Part shown: one piece after another, positions 50,901 to 64,000 of the stretch
How positions within the stretch are numbered: the first letter of the stretch is position 1
Layout of the letters: each line of letters starts with the position of its first letter
Assembly: GCA_012295275.1 (NCBI GenBank)
Contig: CM022673.1
Coordinates: 13,516,001 to 13,580,000, forward strand
Reading direction: 5' to 3'
DNA: 64,000 nt
From: Chrysomallon squamiferum
Lineage: Eukaryota > Animalia > Mollusca
Position numbers and translations under genes: made by a program
Notes under the pieces: model-generated
Told to the model about the DNA's origin: nothing
Databases searched by the model: none
What the model saw: the letters and a program-made list of their open reading frames with translations, nothing else

Positions 50901-51477
50901 TAAGAATATGAGAATGCGACGTAATTAAAATTCAAGGTTACTAAGTTTACTTGATTAAAAGTAATAATCTGTAGGCTTGCTGAGGATTACTCGGCGACGT
51001 TAAATACCTCACTGTTGTCTTATTTCTTGGCCAGCGTATTTGATGAATAAACATAAGAGAATTGCAGTGTTGATGTGTGAAACATGCTAGCACAGGATGC
51101 ACAAGTCATGACCTTTTGGCCTGTCCATCTGAATCGATATGTAACAAAACATGGTCTAATAGACAATCAAATGTGACGTCATAGTTTGAGTCAATACGCA
51201 CGTAACAGGAAACAGCGATATCGGGCGACCTTCGAGTGCGCGTAAATTCAGAAAAACGAATCATATGGCTTTTTTTATATATATATATATATATATATGG
51301 CTAAAATTTGGTTATAAAAAGTGCAAAAATGCCAGGATATTTGCTTTGTTTCACCATTTGCAACGACTGGCTATTATTTTGTAAATTTTACCATTTGCAG
51401 TTGTTTTTCAAACGCTTTCAAATGTTTTTATCTAAGAGTTATTTAAATGTTTTTGTTCACGGTATAGCCTTGCTCTG

Positions 51478-51480
51478 TAT

Positions 51481-51515
<35 letters not shown>

Positions 51516-51705
51516 TTACTGTAAGTTGTAAATGCTGCTACTGATGAACAAAATTACTATCTTGCGTGTTTCATATAAATAAACATCTTAATGCTACATG
51601 ATGCTAAGTCAGCTGTTATTTATAACTCGTTTATGGTTGTGGCGCTATAGGTCGCAGATTCAGTACCCCTGGGTGTGTTGCTGAGATAATTTCCAGTCCA
51701 GCCAA
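51478..51705 (+). mobile_element. Dispersed repeat copy 2 (SINE-like fragment)
   Basis: Homologous, in the opposite orientation, to 34179-34390. Confidence 0.7.
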
Positions 51706-52579
51706 GTTCCATAATTATGTATGTGAAGGTTCAGATAATAGGATTCTTTTCATTAATTAATCCGATCATGTTATTTTGATAGACCATTACTGTTTCTGTT
51801 AATATATCATGTATCTATTCTTACACGACGATTACGGCAACAGAATGACGTCTTAATATGTAAATTATTAATGTACATATTCTGTTCTACACACGCACTC
51901 CCTATGCTTCGAATTGTGTTACCAAATATGTATATATATATATATATTTTTACGAATACTCGATTAGTTTCCCTCGCTGACGATTCCTTTTTACAAACTG
52001 TTGCCTTACATGCAATTCTCTGTAGCCTTTCTGCTCGTAAATTAAAATATTGTAATCTCGTTGATTAATGAACCTTTGTGAACTTTTCGTGGGACGATTA
52101 AACAGTCTGTTAAAGTTCTTCATACTATTGAGTTATTATTTTATTGTTTTCAACGCCGTATCACAGTTCCAAACAAAATATGACAATAAAATAATACTTT
52201 TAAAAAGTATTTGAACGCCGCCATTTTAACCCTTTGCAATAGGAGTGGTGACGTCATATTATATAAATGATTATAATTTAATAATATTAGTAGTTGTAAT
52301 ACTATTGCTAGTAGTAGTAGAAGCAGATGTAGCAGTTGTGGTGGTGGAATAGTAGTAGTGGTAACATGATAAAGTTTTGGATAGCAGTTATATGGTTATT
52401 CACACAAGATAATTTATATTAATTTATATTAATTTATATAAATAAATAAATAAACTGTCGGAATCTACTTGTTTGAGAAATTACCAATATGAAGACATAT
52501 TGAAAATAGAATCAATTATTTTTTTCGAATCTTTAGATTTTTACAAAATAAATGTCATATATTTATTAAACCGACAGTA

Positions 52580-52580
<1 letters not shown>

Positions 52581-52643
<63 letters not shown>
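52581..52643. repeat. (AAT)n microsatellite
   Basis: Directly visible. Confidence 0.95.
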
Positions 52644-52647
<4 letters not shown>

Positions 52648-52940
52648 GCTATGTCAGCGGTGACAGAGATTAAAATGAGGATATTATATACAGGTATTTG
52701 TATTTATTTCTTTCTTTTTTTTTGTTTAATTTTTTTTTGCAATACGAACTTTTATAATGTATTTGCACAAAACATATGCAACTGCCCTGTAAGCGATGAC
52801 GTCACGACTCAAGTCATAAGGGAGTATAATGGGTTCCATTAATATATCTTCTCGGAGTTATATTTTATTATCACATTTTATTATGAATCATGGCAGATTC
52901 CTAAATTGATAAAATAATAATTTGGAGGAACAGAGATTTC

Positions 52941-52986
<46 letters not shown>

Positions 52987-54210
52987 ACAGGTACACTTTA
53001 AGACATAAATTTAATATAACTATAAAAACCTCGTGGAATAAAAAATAATACCAGGAAGCGATACTAGGACTAAGTGATCGTTTAACTGTTTGATATGGAA
53101 CTCCAGCTGAACACATATAATCCAGGTTTAATCCTAATGACGTAACAGTGCGAGTCTAAGGCCAAATTAAACCTGCTTCTTAGCAGCCGATGTTGACATT
53201 ACGGCTTTTCTTATATTCTTGCTGCCATTATTCTGCACACGGTGAATTTAAATCTATGAATTCTCTTATACGTATCTCGTGTGAGCACACCGTGGCAATA
53301 GGCGTTACGTAAATAGTGTGATTAAATGATGATTAGCAGGCAGTGAATTATTTTGCGGTCATTTAGGGTGAGTTATGGGGTCACTGGCTGGTCATGAGGC
53401 CGTCGGAACACTGGGATACATAGGCGCATCACGTGATCAAACGCCAGGATTCAAAATGATTATATTCCGTCTGTCTGCCTGCTAGAATAGTTCATTGCGC
53501 AACCATTAACTTTTATCGGCGGCGAATTATATTTGTGGATTGTCAGTACAGTTATTTATTCAAAACCGTCAAAACTATGCTTTACTTGTTGACCATTAAA
53601 TTAAAAAAAAAAAAAAAATTCTTTATATTTTTTAAAATAAATAAATAAATATTGAATGAATGAATAAATGAAATCAAATGAACGAATAAAATAAATAAAT
53701 AAATAAAAATTAAAATAAAAATAAACAAATAACAATAAAAAGATTAAACCTATTATTATAGTTTCAATCGTTCATCATTAAAGTTTCATTCTTGCCCATC
53801 AAGTCCAAGAAAAAGAAAGTTGTATCTTCTTTCTTTTAAAAGGTTAGATTATTTCCGATCAGTATTAAGAGGGTTTGGAATCAAATCAGTAAATTAGTGA
53901 TGGAAAAACATCATTAAGAGTAGTAATAATGTTACGACCTGAAACCTTGAATACATTCTACATTGATGCTTTTATTTTAACCTCGAACAAATTCTACATG
54001 ATGCTTTTATTTTACACATTTATTTGTATTTCTGTTAGTGTTATTTCAAGGAAATAAAATAAAATAATTTAAAAAGGAGATTAAAAATCAATATAAAAAT
54101 GGCAGCCTCTAATAATTAGTACTCATAACTTTTTTTTTTCATAATTTATTATAAGCAAAGTTCATTTTTCTTTTCCATATGAAAAGACCAACTGAAAAGC
54201 TATTTGCTTC

Positions 54211-54218
54211 AGAGAGAG

Positions 54219-54278
<60 letters not shown>

Positions 54279-54298
54279 TGTGTGTGTGTGTGTGTGTG
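54211..54298. repeat. (GA)n(GT)n microsatellite
   Basis: Directly visible. Confidence 0.95.
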
Positions 54299-56184
54299 GG
54301 GAGGGCATACTGAGCAGAAGGGATTGAAGGGGCGTGACTATACCAGATATAATCAACAATTAAAACTCATGTATTCTATAAGAGGATGCAGAAAACCGTC
54401 CGTTTATTTAATCCCTAATTGTAGTAATCCCATCACTACACGCCTAACAACGTTCTGTTACGTTTCCGTTAGGTGCCAAAATATTTCTTTTGTGTTAATA
54501 AATTTATTAGGTGCTTTGTAGTAACAACTACAACATCACCGTTTTACTTCTTCTTCTTTCTTTTTAAAAAAAAAAAAAAAAAAAAATAATACAACATCTG
54601 ACCTGAGTCCACCCACTTCCCACCTGTTCCCATGTACTACTGTTTGCAGATGCACTTGGCCCTATTCTTCTCAGTCAAAAATTCACACGTTTTAAGGTGA
54701 CATATCCTGTACTCCATTTGTGCCGGCTATTGCAGTTAATGCACTTCACTATTATACACACGTCACAGCCAGACACGCCTATACGCGTAAAAACCTTTGT
54801 CCGATTAACCTTAAAGACGTTTTGGACATGAGAGCTTACACTAAAGTGGGTGCAATTTGAATGTTGCTTTATTTGTGTCGGAAACATAATGCGCGAGCAG
54901 CTGTCGACGGAAATGTGTCTTAAAATACTTTTCTTTTCATTTTTCATTTTTTTTTTAACCTTTTTGAATAAAATTTAAAAAAAAAAAATAAAACCTACTT
55001 TTTATATTTATGATATTATCTGACAAGTAATATTATCACGGCTATTATCATTTTGAAAGGAAATAGCCTAACTACCAACGGCTCATCCTTTCAAAACAAG
55101 CGGAAGTACAACTTAGCATTTGTCTTCATCATGCTCTTTACAGCAGAAGGTAACTCCGCCTGCCATTTCACATCCACTAAAGCGCCGCTTTACATACTCA
55201 TGCACAGTAATGTTATTATTTGTTGGTGACTAAGTGCTTGTCCTCAAAGGGTCAAAGTTCAAACTAAGTTTGAGAATTTGTCCGAAGTTGACCATGACAA
55301 CGGCATATTTTTTGTAAGCCAGCCTTAAGCTGGTTTTACAGTAATCTTTTTAACTGACTAACATAGAGTTCGTGAGAAAATAATTATTTATACACTTCTA
55401 CATTTTAAATGACTGTGTTTTTTGGTGTTTTTTGTGTTTTTTTTTTAAACATTTCCTTTCATTCTTTCATTGTCTCTTTTTCTTCTTACGAGGCTGTAAT
55501 ATAATATTCTACTCTATGACATGAAAACAATTTCATGTGTTCTTTTTATTATTCTTTCATTCTGTTTATGCTTTTTAAATTACCTGTGGTTTGTCTTCTT
55601 CTTCTTCTTTTTTCTTTGACATATTTTACTCAACAGTGGACACAATGACATTTCAAAGTTCAGTGTTTTGTGTAAAAAATTAATACTGAGACAAAACGGC
55701 GACGGAATGTATTAGGACAGTAATTTCAGTCGGGAAATAACACTATTATAATAATAACATCGATTGTAATTTGTTTAACCAAGACATTTCAGTGTTGATA
55801 ATGTCTGAAATTTATTTCTGTTACTGAATAAAAAAACAAACAACAACAACAACAACAACAACAAATAAATAAATAAATAAATAAACAAATAAAAATAACA
55901 ATAAAATAAAAATAATTATAAATAAATAAATAAATAAAAGTGTCAGCAATTAAACATTATAAAACAGATAGGCGTATTTTACAACAGCTTGCTGTGGTTA
56001 GTAAATTGTCTGTATACACAGCTATTTTAATGAAAACAAAACTGTTTTGTGGCAGATAAAAATTACTGAAGAATAGTAAACAACATAAAAAGAAATTAAT
56101 TTAGATTTGATTACAGAAACAGCATGCTTGATATTGCGGTAACAGATGATGAAACTACAAAGTCTTGATTTCTGTTTCATTTTC

Positions 56185-56187
<3 letters not shown>

Positions 56188-56272
<85 letters not shown>
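56188..56272. repeat. (CT)n microsatellite
   Basis: Directly visible. Confidence 0.95.
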
Positions 56273-56276
<4 letters not shown>

Positions 56277-56873
56277 TACATACACACAAGCGTTTTAATT
56301 CAACATTCTTTTCCATATACCGAAACTATCAACATTCAGAAAACCTTCACTTTGCCACAAACATATTATTTGTCTCCCTATCTTTGTTTATCTCTTGTTT
56401 ATTAATTTGTCTGTCTGCCTATCTGTCTATCGAGACATCTACATAATTTTGCATCTATCTTACATTATGCATTTATATATATATATATATATATATAAAA
56501 AACTCACACAGACAAAAAGAATGACTTGGAAGGATTAGTGCGTGTGTGTACATATGTACGTTTTATTGTCAGGCTGGATATAAATAATTTTTAAAGTCAC
56601 AGTATGTCTCTGTCTCCACATTTTTAGTGCTGGAATGTTGCAGCTAGGTTTTATTGACACGTGACATGTCGTGGCATGGTGCAGCCCCTACATGGGGTGG
56701 TCACTGCCCACACCCTTACAGCTGTCCTTCCGTCAGGCGCTGTCTCGGTTTTATCGCTGGCGTCACCTGCCACGGGTGAAAAGGTGACAACGAGAATGAT
56801 CTGTCCAAATGAATATGAACCTGAACTTATAACTTATGCATTAACTACACATGCATACACAGACATATATATT

Positions 56874-56904
<31 letters not shown>

Positions 56905-57783
56905 GTGTATGTATAGACACGCATACGTACATTACATATTTCTACAAACATAAAAAGAAGAAATTTATTTTTGCTTTGGAATATATATCCATTGGTTTTT
57001 TTTGCATTTGTGTATATGTCTGTTTCTTTCTCAACCGCACATATAAAACCAACCTCCCCCCCAAATTTATAAAAAAAAAAAAAAAAAATTCTGTACTAAT
57101 AAAATTAAATAAATAAATAAACAAATAACAAATACTGGAACTATGAAACTGTATAAAAGTTATTGACTTTTCGACTGACGTCATGCGGCGTGGAAATAAC
57201 GTCATTGTATTTTGACTGATCACATTGACGGGATCGGTCACGACTGACCTTGACCGTTTCTTTATTTATTATAATTATTTTAAAAACAAGTGATGCTTTG
57301 AGTTTTAGGTAAAGAAGAGTCTCAACACCAGAAATGTTTAGTTTCAGGTCAAAAATAAAATTTAAAAAGAAAACACGTATTACTAATACACGAAAATTAT
57401 TCCTAATGGCATTTTACGTTTTATATAAATAAAACTAATGTTTATTGTTGAGTTTGAAATTATGATTAATTATTTTTTAAAAGGTTATTTGGTTCAACCA
57501 GTTTGTGATTATTGACGTAACAGTATTATCTTGGAAGTTAAAAATGTTGCTCGAAATTGTTTAAACGTCGTTACCTCGAAACGTTACTGTAACTAATGTC
57601 AATAAATAAGAGGTTAATTTATGTATGTAATTTGTTTTATTTATCTCCATTAGCTAACAGTCTGGTGTTATTTATTTCAACAGATACATAAGTTTTAGCG
57701 AAACAAATTACCTTTTATAATACAAGGAAAATATAATATGAGAGAAGGGGGAAAAGAGAGAGGGACAGAAAGAAAGCAAAGCG

Positions 57784-57786
<3 letters not shown>

Positions 57787-57840
<54 letters not shown>
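57787..57840. repeat. (GA)n microsatellite
   Basis: Directly visible. Confidence 0.95.
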
Positions 57841-57845
<5 letters not shown>

Positions 57846-58386
57846 ATTACTGATTCACATCTTAATTTGTGTTTTTCTTTTGCTACAGTTATTCCCTTTA
57901 TTTTGACGAAGGAAGAAACAGTTTTCAGCTTATATTCATTTAACTACCGTATGTGCGGACAGACAGACAAGAGAACATTATAAAAACAATAACATGCCAT
58001 TTCTTTTGGATCTTTTTTTTCGCTAGGAGGACAACGTATACAAACATGGATTATTTATGGGGTACATTATCTTTTACTTTGTTAGAAGTCTCTGTGATAT
58101 ATCGTCTGCGACTGGTTTTCGCTTTACCAACAGGTTCATTGCAGTTAGTTGTGGTGTTTCTGCAGACACGCTATCGCTCTCTGGTCGAGTTCACAGATCA
58201 GGTAAACCGGTCTCCGATTAAACGAAGGTAACCAAAAGGTCAAGGCGATCATTTCTCGGCGCTGTTCTTGCGACTTACACTACTTCCGTATTTAGTGATT
58301 TAGGATAAAATATATTCTTAGCACCTATACTATGTAGTTACTCATTTTACAGGATGATTTTTTTTCTTTAAATCTTTGAAAATTTT

Positions 58387-58703
58387 GATTTTTTTCGATT
58401 ATATTTTATACACTTTTATATAATACACTTAACTTTTAATATTCTAAATATGAAACTCTACGCTCTATTTATTTATTTATTTATTTTTTTGTATTAATTA
58501 AATAACTATTTAGGTGGTATAGTCCATGCAAAATTCAAAATTATGGATTTTTTCGATTATATTTTATATACTTTTATATAATACACTTAACTTTTAATAT
58601 TCTAAATATAAAACTCTACGTTTTATTTATGGATTTTTTTTTTTTTTTTTTATTAATTAAATAACTATTTAGATGGTATAGTCCACGGAAAATTCAAAAT
58701 TAT
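58387..58703. repeat. ~159-bp tandem duplication (2 copies)
   Basis: 58387-58545 and 58546-58703 both read GATTTTTTCGATTATATTTTATA...ATGGTATAGTCCA..AAAATTCAAAATTAT, with few substitutions. Confidence 0.9.
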
Positions 58704-59129
58704 CGTACCATCAGACTCTATAAATTTAACAATAATTTTATACTTAAATGCATCCATAACAAAATTATAAGATCGCACTGGGTACTTCTATGAAAACAAA
58801 TGAAAACGAGAATTAACTCACATTTAAAATTCCCCCTAGAGAAACGGCTTAATTAATTATCTCTTCAGTATTAAGGATATCCAGTTAAGTCTTGAAATTC
58901 TATACACAGTTAATAAGAATAAAATAAAATAAAACGTATTTAATATTTTACTGTAGAAAAGTGCTCAGCTGACTGAACAGTGTCCGAAGTTTCTATTTTC
59001 AATAATAATAATAATAAAAGTAAAAAGTAAATAAATAAATAATAATAATAATAAAATACAAAGTTTATGAAAATATTTCGCTAAATCCTTAATTGTTTAG
59101 TTACTATGTTGTTGTTGTGTTGTTATTGC

Positions 59130-59164
<35 letters not shown>

Positions 59165-59466
59165 TATTATTATCAACAGCTGTCAAACACCACCATGAGA
59201 CCTATGTTTTTTTATGATCTGTAGGATTACACTGATTTAGTACAGAACTTCTTTCTCCACGGAGAAGCTATAATAAATTTGCTTTTGTCACTTGTCAAAG
59301 AAAAGACCACATTATTAAATTTACCAAGACTTAAACAAAAATAATGACATTTGAAGCCAAGACGGCAAAAATTAGAATTTTAAAGAATGTAGATGACTTT
59401 ATATTATTTCAATAAATACATTATAAATAAAAAAACAACTACAACAAACAAACAAACAAAAAAACT

Positions 59467-59537
<71 letters not shown>

Positions 59538-60217
59538 ACCTGATCTTTACGAGATTAAAGAACTACGTAACGTTAAAATACCCAATCTCAAAACCTGACG
59601 TCTGTCGCTGGGCGAGAACTCATTAAATAAAATAACAATTGAATTTAAATACGTGAATCAGGTCTGGTGTAATTAGTATAGCTGTCGCGGAATGATGGGT
59701 CGCGAACTTCACGCATTGCTCTTTTAATCATTGTCTCATAAAGCTAACTCCACAATCGATGGCTTTATTTCCGGTTCCGGTCAGCGCGAGCGGGTGTTTG
59801 GCGGTTATTAACTAATAGCCCTCTGTCCTCTGATGCACTGGGTGCTCAGTTTATGACCCGCTTGACATGTGCCAGTCGAATCCAATAATTACATCTGTGG
59901 ACGGAAATAAGTCTGCTCTCGTATTGTTGTGGTCAGAAGATCAGCAACGTCACGAAATCCAGGGGGTGGGAATGGAAACATTCATCACTCTCAGACAAAT
60001 GTCACCTGTGGATATAAAGACGTTTATTGATTTGGAGGGGGGAGAAAAGAAAAGAAAAAAGAAAAAAGAAAAGAATAATAGAAAATAATAAAAAAATATG
60101 TTCGTGTGTGTGAATATATATATGTACCTATATATATATTAACACACACACATAAACATTTTATATATATATATATATATTACTCCAAACTTTTCTCTTT
60201 TGCAAAATAATATAATC

Positions 60218-60252
<35 letters not shown>

Positions 60253-60627
60253 GCGAGCAAGGAACCGTGAGATATTTTTACCTCTGCCCCGAATCATCTA
60301 AATCCGTTCCATTCAGTGATAATCCGATAAATGAGAATTTAATGTTCTTATAGCTAATCAATGCACACTTTATACTTTAATATACCCGATTCAGTTACCA
60401 TATATACAGCTATACGAAATAGTAAATGTAAATTATTCATAGTTATTACACACATCACATACAAGTCGTTATTTCACATTGTGCATTTATATATGATATA
60501 CGATTATATACTTTAAGATGAAGACCAAAGGCAAGACATTTACACCTATTTTATAGTTCTTGTGCTGATGTATTTCTCTATCTATCTATCTATCTATCTA
60601 TAGATACCCTAACACGGATACCAACAG

Positions 60628-60675
<48 letters not shown>
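60628..60675. repeat. (CA)n microsatellite
   Basis: Directly visible. Confidence 0.95.
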
Positions 60676-60676
<1 letters not shown>

Positions 60677-61494
60677 ATACGTACTACATACTTTACAAAA
60701 AAGAAACGAATATTTCATTTGCGTTCAAAATTTAATAATATTCCAGGAATTTATAAATGAGAATTTTTTATGGGAGTAAATTAAATATTTTAATCAACTT
60801 GATGTGTCGGTTATCATAATTAAACGACAAAAAAATGTTGTTAAAAAATTAATAATGATAATTAAAAAGTATATTAAAACGATCTAATATCTATATATCT
60901 ATATATATAGAGTGAGCACCAAATACAAAATAGGTTTTATGAAATTTTAGATATTAATTTTTTATTATTATTATTTTATTTAAATTAAGACCACAAAAAC
61001 AAAACAAACCCACCATAAAACCTCACCAAACCCCTAACAAAACAGAAAAAAAAAAAAAAAAAGAGAAACAACCAGCCAACAAACATATTATTAGTCTTAA
61101 AATTATAGACAGCAGAATTATAGGAAAAATAATTTTACATATACATATATGTTAATATCTAATACCTGTTAATATAAAAACGTGTTGACATGTCATCACA
61201 CTAAATTAACGTTAATTAATTATCAGACAAACTCGTTATGATCAAATAATGAACCAGAAACTGACAGAAACCTACGAGAAAAGAATATAACAATAATTAG
61301 GATTCTTGAATTATATTTAAGATCTTTTGTTAACCAGTAATTAATGAAATTTGATTACTGGTTGAACGTCCATTTCCTCTTGTCAACATATTCAGTTCAT
61401 GTATTTAGTAATTTACCCCTCTTCCATATGCAAACAAGTCCACCGGAACCTAGATTTTATTTCTACACTAATACCAACAAATACGTTAAAAAAA

Positions 61495-61563
<69 letters not shown>

Positions 61564-61859
61564 TTTGAAAATAAAAATAAAAACTCTAGATGATAATGAT
61601 AATGATGATCATCATAATGATGATAATAATAATACATATTATATATAAATTCATACTTCAGTGCTAGACACTGAATGAAGGATTAAAATATACCTTCTTA
61701 CGAAGTTACCGTATTAATTTTTGTATTTTTATTACTATTATAATTATTATTTTATGTATATACAGTATGTAAATGTAGATAATATAAAATATGAAATTAA
61801 TTAATTTATATACGATTAATAAAATTATACACTTTTCTCCATCTCCAAATGCCTCTAGC

Positions 61860-62490
61860 CCCCTTCTTCAAGACGTTTTCTGGAACAGCCCTTAGATTAG
61901 CTGGCACCTTCATGGGCGAGGTCAGCTTTCGGTCAGTGTCAAGGTCGCACTATAGTAAGGCGACCAGTCTGTAGTCTAATGGCTGTTTTGATGTTGCATA
62001 GTTTCGTCGTCTGATGTTTGAAAGAATACGAATTGTGGATATACATATTTTACCTTTTTATTTCGCTGGACGAAGGTAAGTCAATCAGAGAATGCATGTG
62101 TATTTTCTAATTCGTCTGTCAAATCGATATCAGTCCAATAGTGTGCTGGAAGTCCAATTAACGTTAAGACGTGGTAAAAAAAATGGGTCAATAAATTTGT
62201 GCATAATTGCCTATCTTTTAAACTTTGATACATATGTTAATCGATAGCTGGAACTAATGCATTTAGTTCGATTAGAGATATTTTAACTTTAAAAACTCTT
62301 TAATTAATGAATGCAGTTAGAAAACAACATAGATATAATGGGTTTTTAAGACTGGTTTTCGGGGCCATGGTCACCAATGTTACGTCAATAGGGTCAGACG
62401 GCTCTTGTTGCTGAGGTCAGAAGTGTTGTTGTTGGATCACGAAGGGGCGTAACTCGTGAACTTTGACTACTTCAGTACTTGTGTAAGCTT
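61860..62490 (+). promoter_or_regulatory. Probable promoter(s) and non-coding first exon(s) of a gene continuing past the right edge
   Basis: Donors AAG|GTAAGT (~62076) and TGT|GTAAGC (~62484); CCAAT at ~62135, 62154 and 62374; TTACGTCA ~62380. CpG largely disappears after ~62.6 kb, as in the gene bodies at left. Confidence 0.4.
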
Positions 62491-64000
62491 TTTGACATAA
62501 TCTAATAAAGAATTATTAAATTAATTACATAGTTTCGTTTAAAACAAGTAACACGTGCTTGTACCCCACTGGCATAAGCCATTTTTTTAAACATTTTTTT
62601 TTTGTATGTTTTGTTTTATTATTTTAAATTTTGAATTATACAACCTAATGAATGTATTTAGTATTTTAATTTTGAAGTTCATAAGTAAGCTATTTAGTTA
62701 TTACAAATATAAAAGGCATACATTTTGTAAACTAAGCTTATATGAAATAACCAAAAAAAAAAAAAAAAAAAAAAGGAATTAATGATTAAAAAGTAATATT
62801 TTTAGGTAGTTAATGGACATTTAACACAGAATTTTATTGTTGAAATACTTTCTCAGTAAACATTTGCTTTAGTCATATTCTTAATACTGACAATACTGGG
62901 TTTTTTCATTATTTAACCCCACCATATTTCTTGTCTGACTTTGAGTTTTGTTAATATATATCTAACTTTATAAATAAAACATAAATGTCTGTTTCATGCA
63001 GGTTTTTGAAAAGTATATGTGAAACTGATAAATTATCTAAATTAAAAACACTCAAACAGTTGGTGGGATATACTAACATCACATGTACTTGATATCAAAG
63101 ACTGGCAATACAGTGTTGGCAATACAGATGACAAACCTGATATTTTTATGACCAGTTTTTGAATTTGTTTGTTTTCTGCATGTTTGATTCCGCTGCCTGT
63201 AATTACAGACATTGGAAGTACAATCAGTAGAAAGGTGTTTCAGTTCATTTGAACATTTTTAACAATAAAATCTATACTGATCTTTCTGCACTATATCCAT
63301 TTGGCCATTTCACATGCCATTTAATGCTCTTTTACTGGTTTATCAAAAGAACTAATCATTTCTGCTCAGCAGATGTGTTTATAAAACAACCTTGCAGTGA
63401 ATGGAGCCTTTTTATCTTGTATAATTAAAGAAAAACTCTGTTTCCTATCTGTTAACAAAGTATTATTATTATTTCTGTTTCTTACTAGCTCTTTTCAGTG
63501 GAAAGGTGTTTTCTAAACATACCATTTTGGTGTTTGATAAGAAGTTTGCTTACAATGGCAGCATTTCATTTTATCATAATAATTAATTAATTTACGACAC
63601 ATTACTATTTAAATATATTGAAATATATTTAAACATATTCATTAATTACTAAAAGATATCACAGTTTGCATTTAATTTTTTTTCTTGTGATTTGTAAAAC
63701 CATTTTTTTAACTATAATTTTTGAGAAATCTGAATTAGTACTTACTACTGTAATATCTGTAAGTTTCAAAATAGCTGGTGAAACTTAAATAATGGACTCA
63801 TTAATCATAATGTAGGTTATGAAAAACCAGATATTTACTCATTTTTTTGTTTTTTGTAACAAAATATACATGAAATATTGATCCTTCAATTTTTATTTAT
63901 TTATTATTACTATTTTTTAAATGAAAATACAATAAAATAAATAAATAGTAAAATAAAAATAAAATAGTAATAACTGTAAAGTAGAAATCCTTGTATCTTT

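Noticed and set aside
46300-62000. Short ORFs and possible miRNA, tRNA or snRNA genes in the intergenic domain
   Set aside because: No ORF resembles a known protein or forms a consistent exon chain. By eye I recognised no conserved bilaterian miRNA or tRNA; an Rfam/tRNAscan run would be needed to exclude them.
1-64000. CRISPR arrays, prokaryotic operons, U12-type introns
   Set aside because: The sequence is eukaryotic. The tandem repeats lack unique spacers, and no mapped donor has the RTATCCTT U12 consensus.

Overview
AT-rich, intron-rich animal genomic DNA; a mollusc or other lophotrochozoan is inferred from style, not proven. Bases 1-46.3 kb are a dense housekeeping cluster, rebuilt exon by exon: the first exon of an unidentified gene (-), DNAJC28 (+), WDR75 (-), TOMM7 (+), a 926-bp long-TIR non-autonomous DNA transposon, MOB4/phocein (+) and the deadenylase PAN2 (-). 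There are two compact head-to-head promoters. Bases 46.3-62 kb have no credible ORF; they are CpG-richer and microsatellite-rich and carry five perfect CRE palindromes. A probable new promoter and first exons lie near 62 kb. The main findings are: (1) a constitutive PAN2 exon encoding a C-x5-C-x4-C-x3-H zinc finger inside the pseudo-UCH domain; (2) minisatellites and duplications repeatedly anchored on splice sites, which create decoy donors and acceptors; (3) a PAN2 intron bounded by an 11-bp direct repeat; (4) a 1-nt frameshift and a GC-AG intron in WDR75. All exon models were read by eye and no database searches were run.
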